This document shows, piece after piece, positions 20,462-29,054 of a stretch of 64,000 bases of DNA. Position numbers and translations under genes: made by a program. The stretch is from NCBI GenBank assembly GCA_963674595.2, contig CAXXFV010000019.1, positions 14,189 through 78,188 of the forward strand. Reading direction: 5' to 3'. Position 1 is the stretch's first letter; each line of letters opens with the position of its first letter. Under the pieces are notes generated by a model. The model was given only the letters and a program-made list of their open reading frames with translations, had not been told where the DNA came from and made no database searches. Source of the DNA: a bacterium. Lineage in GTDB: Bacteria; Zhuqueibacterota; Zhuqueibacteria; Residuimicrobiales; Krinioviventaceae.

Positions 20462-21439
20462 ATGAAACGAATTAATATATTCATTATTATTCTGGTTCTG
20501 ATTACTGCATTTTTTACGTCCTGTCAAAAAAAATATGACACAATTAAAATCGGCATGTGTTCGGACGTCCACCTGCCCACTATGCACGACTCCGAATACC
20601 GCATCAAAACGTTTATCGACAGCATGAAAATTGCCGATCCGGATTTTATCATTGAACTGGGTGATTTAGGCACACCTGCGGATAAATATGCCGGTTATTT
20701 TGATATATGGAATTCATTTCCCGGTGATAAATTTCATGTTATCGGTAACCATGAAATGGATGGCGGATATTCTCGTCAGGATGCGGTTCAATACCGTAAC
20801 ATGGAAAATTCCTATTACTCTTTTGACAAAAACCGGTTCCATTTTATCGTTCTGGACGGCAATGATCCAAAAGATGAAAACGCCAAAGGATACAAACAAT
20901 ACATCGGCACAAAACAGTTCAACTGGCTGAAACAGGAATTGACCCGTTCGAAATACCCGATTGTTATTTTTTCTCATCAGGGTTTGGTGTTGTATCACAG
21001 CGGTGATGGTGAAGATTATGGTGTGGAAAACAGTCTGCAAATAAGGAAATTATTGGAAACGCACAATAACCAAAACCCAAAAACAAAGGTGATTGCCTGT
21101 TTCAACGGACATACCCACAATGACTATGCTGAGAACATAAACGGCATCTGGTATGTCACTATTAACTCCATGTCCTATAAATGGCTGGGTGAGGATTTTG
21201 AACACATTCGGTACAGTCCGGAGGTGGACAAAAATTTCAAGTGGATAAAATATACCGGCCCTTACAAAGAACCTTTATTCACTATCGTAGAAATATCCAC
21301 CAAAGGATATATTAAAATTTACGGTAAAACAACGGAATGGGTCGGTCCCTCCCCCTGGGTAATAGGGTATCCCGATTCGTTTAAGAATTATGTCAAACCT
21401 GCTATATCACAAAGGTTACTGGAATTTGAGTTCAAGTAA
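20462..21439 (+). CDS. Calcineurin-like metallophosphoesterase lipoprotein
   Basis: Lipobox FTSC; DxH, GD, GNHE, SH and GHTH motifs. Confidence 0.88.
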   Translation: MKRINIFIIILVLITAFFTSCQKKYDTIKIGMCSDVHLPTMHDSEYRIKTFIDSMKIADPDFIIELGDLGTPADKYAGYFDIWNSFPGDKFHVIGNHEMDGGYSRQDAVQYRNMENSYYSFDKNRFHFIVLDGNDPKDENAKGYKQYIGTKQFNWLKQELTRSKYPIVIFSHQGLVLYHSGDGEDYGVENSLQIRKLLETHNNQNPKTKVIACFNGHTHNDYAENINGIWYVTINSMSYKWLGEDFEHIRYSPEVDKNFKWIKYTGPYKEPLFTIVEISTKGYIKIYGKTTEWVGPSPWVIGYPDSFKNYVKPAISQRLLEFEFK

Positions 21440-21443
21440 AATT

Positions 21444-22346
21444 CTAGTTTTTTGGCAAATACGGCTCGACATGCACCAGCACGTCACCAATTTCCGGAAT
21501 CTGGTCCTTAATTTTATCCTTAGCCTGATGGCTTAGATAATGGGCCTCTTTTACAGCTAATTCCGGCTCGACTTCAATATGTACATCGATGTTATAATAC
21601 ATGCCCATCCGGCGTCCAAGGACTTTTTCCGCAGTATAAATTCCGCATATACTTTCCACCACTGTACGGATTTTTTTAATAATATCTTCCGGCGGCATGG
21701 TATCCAGCAGGTCTTGTGTGGAACTGATAATAACACGTACAGCCGCAAAAGCCATAATAATACCCACAGCAATAGCTGACAAATCATCTACCGCTGATAA
21801 TTTTGTTCCGCCTATTTTCACAACAAGCGTTCCTATCAAAACACAGGCTGTTGCGCCGACATCGGTACGGTGGTTAATGGAATCCGCTTCAAGCGCCCGG
21901 CTGGAAATTTCTTTCGCCTTCTTACGCTGATAGCGGTACATATATTCTTTTACCAGCATGGATATAAATGCAACAATAATAACCGTTATTTCCGGCTGTT
22001 CGTCCACATTTTTAATATTTTGAAAAGCTCCGATAACAATGGCCCCGGCCGTTGCCAAAACAAAAACACCCAACAATCTGGCAATTTCGGTTTCAATACG
22101 TCCGTGTCCATAGGCATGTTCCTTATCAGCCGGCTTCGCGGCCAGCTTGAGGGCAAAATACATAATCAGAGATGTAGCTGTATCTGTCAGATTGTTAAAA
22201 CCGTCAGCCAACAACGCGAAGGAATGGCCCGTCCAGCCAAAAATTAATTTTGTTACAAACAGGATTAAATTTAAAAACAGGATATAGAGTGCGGCCCGTT
22301 TGGCAATTAAATAACTGTCTCCCGGAGTATTGTTTTTTAATTCCAT
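21444..22346 (-). CDS. Cation diffusion facilitator family transporter (FieF-like)
   Basis: SFALLADG, PADKEHAYGHGRIE, DVHIEV, VLVHVEP. Confidence 0.9.
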   Translation of the reverse strand: MELKNNTPGDSYLIAKRAALYILFLNLILFVTKLIFGWTGHSFALLADGFNNLTDTATSLIMYFALKLAAKPADKEHAYGHGRIETEIARLLGVFVLATAGAIVIGAFQNIKNVDEQPEITVIIVAFISMLVKEYMYRYQRKKAKEISSRALEADSINHRTDVGATACVLIGTLVVKIGGTKLSAVDDLSAIAVGIIMAFAAVRVIISSTQDLLDTMPPEDIIKKIRTVVESICGIYTAEKVLGRRMGMYYNIDVHIEVEPELAVKEAHYLSHQAKDKIKDQIPEIGDVLVHVEPYLPKN

Positions 22347-22360
22347 TCTTACCTCTTATA

Positions 22361-22387
22361 AAAAAAGCCTCGTAAATCGAGGCTTTT
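22361..22387 (-). terminator. Terminator after the OsmC-like gene
   Basis: AAAAGCCTCG-taaat-CGAGGCTTTT. Confidence 0.65.
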
Positions 22388-22411
22388 AATATAAAAAGAA
22401 TTTTTCAATTA

Positions 22412-22789
22412 TCAAGCAGATATTGTCTTTACCTGAAATTCCGGGACACGCTCAAAATGTTTTTTAACAGCACACTGGTCAGCGGCACGGATAACAGCGT
22501 CTTTATACTTTTCAGGGAAATCCTGCGGTACATGGATGTCCAGATTAACTTTTTTAATCAAACCTGTCATTGGATCTGTTTCCATACTTTGTGAAATTTC
22601 AAGGTCTTCAGTCGGCAGACCTCGCTGCATACAAAAACTCAATACATAAATACCGGCACAGGTACCTATTGATGCAAGAAATAATGCAAAGGGCGGCGGC
22701 GCTGTTCCGTCTTGATTCGTTGGAATGACAAAAGGACCATATTCAGCATCTACTCTTAAACCACCGGGAAATTTAACTTTGAGATTCAA
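22412..22789 (-). CDS. OsmC/Ohr family protein
   Basis: PFALFLASIGTCAG and ADQCAVKK cysteines; GGAGG SD, TTG start. Confidence 0.85.
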   Translation of the reverse strand: MNLKVKFPGGLRVDAEYGPFVIPTNQDGTAPPPFALFLASIGTCAGIYVLSFCMQRGLPTEDLEISQSMETDPMTGLIKKVNLDIHVPQDFPEKYKDAVIRAADQCAVKKHFERVPEFQVKTISA

Positions 22790-22898
22790 TTTAACCTCCG
22801 TATATTTAAAAAATTAAATTCGTTATTTTCATATAAGATGTATATTACAATAAAAGGATTCAGTTCATTTCCGACTTTAATAAAACAGGACCAAAAAA

Positions 22899-23336
22899 AT
22901 GACAGCGCAGGAAGAAGCACAAAATATTTTACATTTGACTCAAAACAATATCATGCAATCTATGCAGATTGTTGAAACCCAGCTCAATACGCTTTACACA
23001 CGAGCCCAAGTTTTGCTGAGCCTTGCCGGAATTGTCATAACTGTAACCGGTTTTTCCGGCCGTATTATTGCCGGTACAACCCTGACAGGACAAATTCTTA
23101 TTATATCCGGGCTGGCAACCGTGCTTTTCAGCGCCCTTTGGGTTTACAGCAAAGTCATGGGAATTAAATGGATAACCGGCGAATTAAAACCGGATGCGAT
23201 TGAAACACTTGTAACAATTATTGAACGCAGAAATAAAAAAACAAAGGCTTATTGCGTCGGCGGCAAAATTCTTGGCATTGGATTGTTTCTCTACTGCACG
23301 GCCGTTGCCACAATGCTTTTGAATCCGGTTATGTAA
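22899..23336 (+). CDS. Hypothetical three-TM membrane protein
   Basis: Three hydrophobic segments, basic ERRNKKTK before the last; AGGA SD. Confidence 0.6.
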   Translation: MTAQEEAQNILHLTQNNIMQSMQIVETQLNTLYTRAQVLLSLAGIVITVTGFSGRIIAGTTLTGQILIISGLATVLFSALWVYSKVMGIKWITGELKPDAIETLVTIIERRNKKTKAYCVGGKILGIGLFLYCTAVATMLLNPVM

Positions 23337-23348
23337 AAAAGGTTGAGC

Positions 23349-24233
23349 ATGGAAATTTCATATACAACACATGTTCCCTTTCATCTTGAAGCGGTCGTTA
23401 AAACCCATGGCTGGTTTCAACTGGTCCCTTTTTATTGGCAGGAAGAATCAAAATCACTGACCTGGGCAATGCGTGATCCATCAGGCATCCCCGTGCTCGT
23501 TCATATTTTTCAAGACTCGTTTTCAGAAAAAAAATCCATTTTAAAAATTAAAACCGATATGGATATTTCCAAAGAAGCACAAACCCATATCATTAAAAAA
23601 TTCGAACATGTGTTTCATTTAAATCTGAATCTTGATGAATTTTACACACTGTGTAAAAACAATTCCATATTAAAAGACGTGCCGGTTAAAGGAATGGGAC
23701 GGTTGATGCGTTCCGAGTCGGTTTATGAGGATGTATTTAAAAGTATTTGCGGCACAAACATTCAATGGAAACAAGCGGTTAAAATCATCAATACAATCGG
23801 TTTACAGGGCGAGTGCGTTGCCGGAACAGAGTATCACGTTTTTCCGGGTCCACAACAAATTTTAAATTTGGGTGAATCGTTTTTAAGAGAACAGGGACGG
23901 GCAGGGTATCGAAGTAATTACCTGATAGCTTTGTGCCAGCGTATATTGGCTGAAAATAGTTTTGATTTACCGCAAAAGGACCTTGTTCCCTATTTTACAA
24001 ATTTTAAAGGCATCGGCAAAGTTACGGCCCGATACCTTGCTGCATTGTATGGTGATTTTTCAGAAATGGCGGTTGACAGCCTTGTAATTGCCTTTATGAC
24101 AAAACATCACTTTAACGGTGAAAAACCGACGGAAAGACAAATTGAAGCATATTATGATAAATTTGGAAAATGGAAGTATCTTGCCTATTGGATGGAATTT
24201 ATTTTAGCAGGCGGATGGAGTCCTGAAACATAA
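23349..24233 (+). CDS. HhH-GPD superfamily DNA glycosylase (AlkA/Ogg-like)
   Basis: HGWFQLVPF, GRLMRS, SICGTN, FPGP, GYRS, KGIGKVTA, AVDS. Confidence 0.8.
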   Translation: MEISYTTHVPFHLEAVVKTHGWFQLVPFYWQEESKSLTWAMRDPSGIPVLVHIFQDSFSEKKSILKIKTDMDISKEAQTHIIKKFEHVFHLNLNLDEFYTLCKNNSILKDVPVKGMGRLMRSESVYEDVFKSICGTNIQWKQAVKIINTIGLQGECVAGTEYHVFPGPQQILNLGESFLREQGRAGYRSNYLIALCQRILAENSFDLPQKDLVPYFTNFKGIGKVTARYLAALYGDFSEMAVDSLVIAFMTKHHFNGEKPTERQIEAYYDKFGKWKYLAYWMEFILAGGWSPET

Positions 24234-24766
24234 TGAAAAATAAACTATTACAATTGATCCAATATCATCAAAAAATACACAAATACGTCGAAATACAGGA
24301 CATTTACAAAATGATTTTTCAAGGGGTAATGGGAGCCGAACATATCATTAAAGATCCGGACCAGGCACGTACGCGATTATTGGAAGAATGGCAAAGATGT
24401 AATACCGACAATGAAGAGGTTTTAACAGAACCGGTCAGTATAAACGACACTATTATTCGCGTGAATCTCCGGCCTTTAAAAGCTAAAGGTGATTATTTTA
24501 GCTCCTTTTTTGATGCTTTTATAAAATCTGCGGATATACATCAAGGGAATAGAACGGAATTAATTTCATTATGGGAAATGTTTAAACTTTTATGTAAGGA
24601 AAAAGCTCTCAGCTTTTCACAGTCGTTATTAAAAGAGTTTGATGAACAATTAAAAAGTCAAAATTATCCGGCGAAACATCATTCGCAACTTTACCGCGAA
24701 GCCAACAAGCCGGCATACAGGATAGTAAACAAGACGATTTTTGAACAATATGTCCTGACGTTATGA
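24233..24766 (+). CDS. Conserved hypothetical protein
   Basis: QDIYKMIFQGVMGAEH and HHSQLYRE..KPAYR motifs; start overlaps the upstream stop (TAATG). Confidence 0.65.
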   Translation: MKNKLLQLIQYHQKIHKYVEIQDIYKMIFQGVMGAEHIIKDPDQARTRLLEEWQRCNTDNEEVLTEPVSINDTIIRVNLRPLKAKGDYFSSFFDAFIKSADIHQGNRTELISLWEMFKLLCKEKALSFSQSLLKEFDEQLKSQNYPAKHHSQLYREANKPAYRIVNKTIFEQYVLTL

Positions 24767-24776
24767 GGAACAGACT

Positions 24777-26030
24777 ATGGGCAAAACGTTTGCGGAAAAA
24801 ATTTTAGGCGAAAAGGCGGGAAAAGAGGTTGTACCGGGTGAAATTGTCCAGGTTTCACCGGATTATGCCATGAGCCATGACAACACGGCCGCCATAGCAA
24901 AAACCTTTGAACAAATAGGCGTTCAGCAAATTGAAAATCCTGATCGTCATGTTATAGTTTTAGACCATTGTGTTCCGGCGGCAAATGAAAAATTTGCCCA
25001 GAACCATAAAGAAATAAGAGAATTTGTAAAAAAACACAACATTCCGCATTTTTATGATATTGACCGGGGTATCTGTCACCAGGTTTTGCCTGAAGAGGGG
25101 TTTGCCCTGCCGGGGAAACTGATCGTCGGCAGCGATTCCCATTCAACCACCTATGGAGCATTTGGCGCGTTTTCAACAGGCATCGGCCGCAGTGAAATGG
25201 CTGTTATATTTGCTACCGGGAAAATCTGGCTGCGTGTTCCCGAAACAATTAAAATAAATATAACAGGCAATCCGCCAAAAGGAATTTCTGCCAAAGATAT
25301 CATTCTTAATATTTTGGGAAAAATCGATGCAGACGGTGCCCTGTATAAATCCATTTTTTTTACCGGACCGGTTATCGATAAAATGAGTATTGCCGGACGA
25401 ATGGTGCTGACAAATATGGCTGTTGAAATGGGCGCAAAAAACGGTTATATTGCTCCTGACGAAACAACCTTGAAATATTTAAAGGACAGAAAAAAGCAAA
25501 AATTTCAATGCGTATACGACGATGCAGATGCGGATTTTGAACAGGTAATGAATGTTGATGTGAGTAATCTGGAACCGCAAATCGCCTGTCCGCATACGGT
25601 CGATAATGTAAAACCTGTTTCCGCTGTTGAGGGACAACGAGTTGACCAGGTGTTTTTCGGGTCATGCACCAATGCACGTCTTGAGGATTTTGAAATAGTG
25701 GCCAATGTTTTGCGCGGGAAGAAAATTCATTCTTCCGCCCGAATGCTGGTGATACCGGCGTCGAACCATGTTTATTTTGAGGCGCTGGATAAAGGTTATA
25801 TTCAGGATATAGCCAGGGCAGGCGCCGTCATAATGAATACGGGATGCGGGCCCTGTATGGGAAACCATGAGGGTGTACCTGCGCCCGGTGAAATTGTACT
25901 CAGTACATCGAACCGAAATTTTCGCGGCCGTTTTGGCTGTAAAGAAGCAGATGTATATCTATGCAGTCCATTAACAGCTGCCGTCAGCGCGTTGACCGGT
26001 CGCATAACGGATTTCAGAACAAGCTTATAA
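24777..26030 (+). CDS. 3-isopropylmalate dehydratase/homoaconitase family large subunit
   Basis: GICHQ, GSDSHSTTYGA, GSCTNAR, CGPCMG, STSNRNFRGR (4Fe-4S cysteines). Confidence 0.92.
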   Translation: MGKTFAEKILGEKAGKEVVPGEIVQVSPDYAMSHDNTAAIAKTFEQIGVQQIENPDRHVIVLDHCVPAANEKFAQNHKEIREFVKKHNIPHFYDIDRGICHQVLPEEGFALPGKLIVGSDSHSTTYGAFGAFSTGIGRSEMAVIFATGKIWLRVPETIKINITGNPPKGISAKDIILNILGKIDADGALYKSIFFTGPVIDKMSIAGRMVLTNMAVEMGAKNGYIAPDETTLKYLKDRKKQKFQCVYDDADADFEQVMNVDVSNLEPQIACPHTVDNVKPVSAVEGQRVDQVFFGSCTNARLEDFEIVANVLRGKKIHSSARMLVIPASNHVYFEALDKGYIQDIARAGAVIMNTGCGPCMGNHEGVPAPGEIVLSTSNRNFRGRFGCKEADVYLCSPLTAAVSALTGRITDFRTSL

Positions 26031-26049
26031 TATTTCCGGAGAACCAATT

Positions 26050-26547
26050 ATGTCAATCATTACAGGTAAAACATGGTTATATGGTGATGATGTCAACACA
26101 GACGTCATCTTTCCGGGGAAATATACCTATACCGTAACCGATCCTCAGGAAATGGCACAAATTGCAATGGAAGACATTGATCCGGATTTTGCTAAAAATG
26201 TAAAACCCGGCGACATTGTTGTTGGAGGCAAAAACTTTGGCTGCGGCAGTTCCAGGGAGCAGGCAGCATTCTGCTTAAAATACGCCGGCGTCGGTGCGGT
26301 CATCGCCCATTCTTTTTCGCGTCTTTATTTTAGAAATTGCATAAATGCCGGTTTGCCGGTAATAACCATAAAAGAAGCACCGGATATTTTTACAAAAGGG
26401 GAACAAATACAGGTTGATTTAAGTAAAGGAACAGTAACAACAGGTAATGGAATTTTTAATTTTCCGCCATTGCCGGAAGCAGTCATCGATATTTTTAAAG
26501 ACGGAGGATTGATCCCTCATACAAAAAAAATGTTAGGAATTCATTAA
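26050..26547 (+). CDS. 3-isopropylmalate dehydratase/homoaconitase family small subunit
   Basis: [34 protein letters not shown]. Confidence 0.92.
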   Translation: MSIITGKTWLYGDDVNTDVIFPGKYTYTVTDPQEMAQIAMEDIDPDFAKNVKPGDIVVGGKNFGCGSSREQAAFCLKYAGVGAVIAHSFSRLYFRNCINAGLPVITIKEAPDIFTKGEQIQVDLSKGTVTTGNGIFNFPPLPEAVIDIFKDGGLIPHTKKMLGIH

Positions 26548-26562
26548 CTCAAAAGGAACCTT

Positions 26563-27540
26563 ATGTCTTACTCTCAGGAACTGACTAAAGCAATCTCTGC
26601 GGTAAAAAAAGCATCCAATCTTTGTAAAAACATACAAAATAAACTTAAATCAGACGAGTCCGTCTCAAAAGATGATCGGTCTCCGGTTACCATTGCTGAT
26701 TTTGGCAGTCAGGCTCTCATCATTGACGAAATTTTAAAATCATTCCCGAATGATCCTGTTGTTGCCGAAGAAGATGCCCTGTTTTTACGTGAAAACAAAC
26801 AGTTGCGGGATAAAGTTCATGAACATGTCATAAAATATAATCCCGACATGTCCGAACAAAAAATGCTCGATATTATTGATTACGGCGTCAAGGAACCGGA
26901 TTATAAAAAAAGATACTGGACTCTTGATCCTATTGACGGAACAAAAGGATTCTTACGGGGTGATCAATACGCTATTGCACTGGCACTGGTGGAAAACGGA
27001 CAACTGGTTTTGGGCGTTCTCGGCTGTCCCAACATGGAATATAATGCCGAGTATGGAAACGGATGTATTTTTTACGCTGTTAAAGATCAGGGATCGAAAA
27101 TGCGTCATCTTGAAGAGGACGTTGAACAAGAAATTAAAGTCGATACAATCTCCGATCCTGCTCTGGCCTGTTTTTGCGAATCCGTTGAATCCGGACATTC
27201 GTCTCATGATGTTCATGAAAAAATTTCCAAGGAACTCGGTATTACCAAACCACCCTTTAGAATCGACAGTCAATGCAAATACGCCGCAATTGCCAGAGGC
27301 GATGTGCCCATTTATTTGCGAATGGCCAGAGGTTCTCAGTATAAAGAAAAAATTTGGGACCACGCCGCCGGTGTTATTGTTGTTCAGGAAGCCGGTGGTA
27401 AAGTGACTGATTTTAAAAACCAGCCTCTCGACTTTACAACAGGCCGAAAACTGGACAATGCGCCGGGCATACTTGTTACAAACAATGCCCTGCATGAAAA
27501 CGTTTTAACAGCTATAAAAAAAACAATAGATACAATTTGA
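26563..27540 (+). CDS. 3'(2'),5'-bisphosphate nucleotidase, HAL2/SAL1 type
   Basis: KDDRSPVTIADFGSQA, AEED, LDPIDGTKGFLRG, DSQCKY, EKIWDHAAG. Confidence 0.9.
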   Translation: MSYSQELTKAISAVKKASNLCKNIQNKLKSDESVSKDDRSPVTIADFGSQALIIDEILKSFPNDPVVAEEDALFLRENKQLRDKVHEHVIKYNPDMSEQKMLDIIDYGVKEPDYKKRYWTLDPIDGTKGFLRGDQYAIALALVENGQLVLGVLGCPNMEYNAEYGNGCIFYAVKDQGSKMRHLEEDVEQEIKVDTISDPALACFCESVESGHSSHDVHEKISKELGITKPPFRIDSQCKYAAIARGDVPIYLRMARGSQYKEKIWDHAAGVIVVQEAGGKVTDFKNQPLDFTTGRKLDNAPGILVTNNALHENVLTAIKKTIDTI

Positions 27541-27547
27541 GTATTAA

Positions 27548-28006
27548 ATGAATAAAAATGAATCCTATTCCTGGGCCCAAAAACGGATCCGGGCCCAGGT
27601 GCTTCGTCATCAGGACCTTGTTGCCACGTTGGCCAATACGGCTGCAATATTAAAAGAATATTTCACCAATTATTTTTGGGTCGGATTTTATTTTCTCAAA
27701 CCGGACCATCTGCTGCTTGGGCCCTTTCAGGGTCCGCCTGCATGTGTAAAATTACAGTTGGATAAAGGTGTTTGCGCAAAATGTGTTTCCGACAGAAAAA
27801 CAATCCTGGTTAGTAATGTACATAATTTTCCCGATCACATTGCCTGTGATTCCCGTTCAAATTCAGAAATAGTTGTTCCCCTTTTTAACAAAGACAATGA
27901 GTTAATAGCTGTTCTTGATATTGACAGTGAAAGCCTGGATGATTTTGAAAAAAGCGATGCAGCGGAACTGGAAAAAATAGCTAAACTTTTAAAAGATATT
28001 TTTTAA
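27548..28006 (+). CDS. msrC: GAF-fold free methionine-R-sulfoxide reductase
   Basis: WVGFY, LGPFQGPPAC, GVC, HIACD, SEIVVP, LDIDS. Confidence 0.85.
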   Translation: MNKNESYSWAQKRIRAQVLRHQDLVATLANTAAILKEYFTNYFWVGFYFLKPDHLLLGPFQGPPACVKLQLDKGVCAKCVSDRKTILVSNVHNFPDHIACDSRSNSEIVVPLFNKDNELIAVLDIDSESLDDFEKSDAAELEKIAKLLKDIF

Positions 28007-28019
28007 AATTATTTAAATA

Positions 28020-28802
28020 TCATTTTTGGATCCAGTTGGATTGTATAAATCCCTGGTTGCCTTTATAAGGGCCATCTAAAATAATTACATTGTAAAAATC
28101 TGTTAAACTTTTCTCCAGTTTTACTTTGGTTCCATTTAAAACAGGATAGACGTCATTACGGCAGCATGTTGGTCTTTGCCCCAAAGTTAACAGATTATAA
28201 TCAAACTTTTTCAACTCATCTGCTTTTTTCATCCATTTCCTGGCATCTGTTGAATCTTTAAAAACCGGGAAAATCTGGACTCCTTTAAACTCAACATATC
28301 CCCTTGGGGCACGAAAAATTTGCGCAACAAAAAAACTTGACATCCCTAAAAAAAACAAAATGATAATAATTATCAGCAGGGAACCCTTGTGAGCATCGCG
28401 ATAGGTATATGATCTCGCAACGTCTAAATTAGCATAACACTTGGAACAGTATTTTAATGTGGGACTGTTGGGTTGGTGGCAAAGGGGACAAAAGCGAACA
28501 TTTACTTTATCAATTTTTGATTCAACAGATTGTTCCGGGGGTGCATCAGGGGATGCGTCATTTTCATCTTCAATATTGTCTGTAAAAGGATCCTGCTCAA
28601 TATTTTCAAAAGGTTGAAAAATATTTTCACGGACCAATTCATTTACAGGAACGGCCCGGAGGAATCCCTTGTTTTCCTGCAAAACAACAAACAAAGTCTT
28701 ACAGTTATTACACCGCCACCTTTTATGTTCAGTCCAGTTGTCAGAGGTAAACCTTTTATGACAATTCGGACATTCAACGCTGATTTTCATCATAAATCCC
28801 AC
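28020..28802 (-). CDS. Double zinc-ribbon membrane protein with SH3-like C-terminus
   Basis: CPNC/CNNC and CPLC/CSKC pairs, acidic linker, one TM helix, beta-rich tail. Confidence 0.6.
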   Translation of the reverse strand: MGFMMKISVECPNCHKRFTSDNWTEHKRWRCNNCKTLFVVLQENKGFLRAVPVNELVRENIFQPFENIEQDPFTDNIEDENDASPDAPPEQSVESKIDKVNVRFCPLCHQPNSPTLKYCSKCYANLDVARSYTYRDAHKGSLLIIIIILFFLGMSSFFVAQIFRAPRGYVEFKGVQIFPVFKDSTDARKWMKKADELKKFDYNLLTLGQRPTCCRNDVYPVLNGTKVKLEKSLTDFYNVIILDGPYKGNQGFIQSNWIQK

Positions 28803-28987
28803 AGACTCGTACTTGTAAATCCCACATTTTTTGCGACAAGAGATGAGAAAGCCAACTGTATACCAACAGTTAATGATGCATCAAGTCCGTTTAGTACCGT
28901 TCTGGAATCAGTAAGGGAACTTTTATATACTATACAAGTACAGAATTTTTATAAAAATGCGAAAAAAAAACCAAGTTAAAACCCTCT

Positions 28988-29053
28988 CTCCGACCTAAAG
29001 GCCGGAGTTCTTCGTTCCCGCCCATACCGGGAATCCATTCTAATACGCAATCA
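28988..29053. repeat. REP-like palindromic element with related copies at 33398-33440 and about 30838-30861
   Basis: TCCGACCTAAAGGCCGGAGTT versus TCCGATCTAAAGGCCGGAATT; ACCGGGAATCCA...CAATCAG recurs at 30838. Confidence 0.5.
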
Positions 29054-29054
29054 G

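Noticed and set aside
24777-26547. Assigning the symbols leuC/leuD
   Set aside because: No leuA/leuB nearby and the specificity loop looks homoaconitase-like, so the substrate is unresolved.
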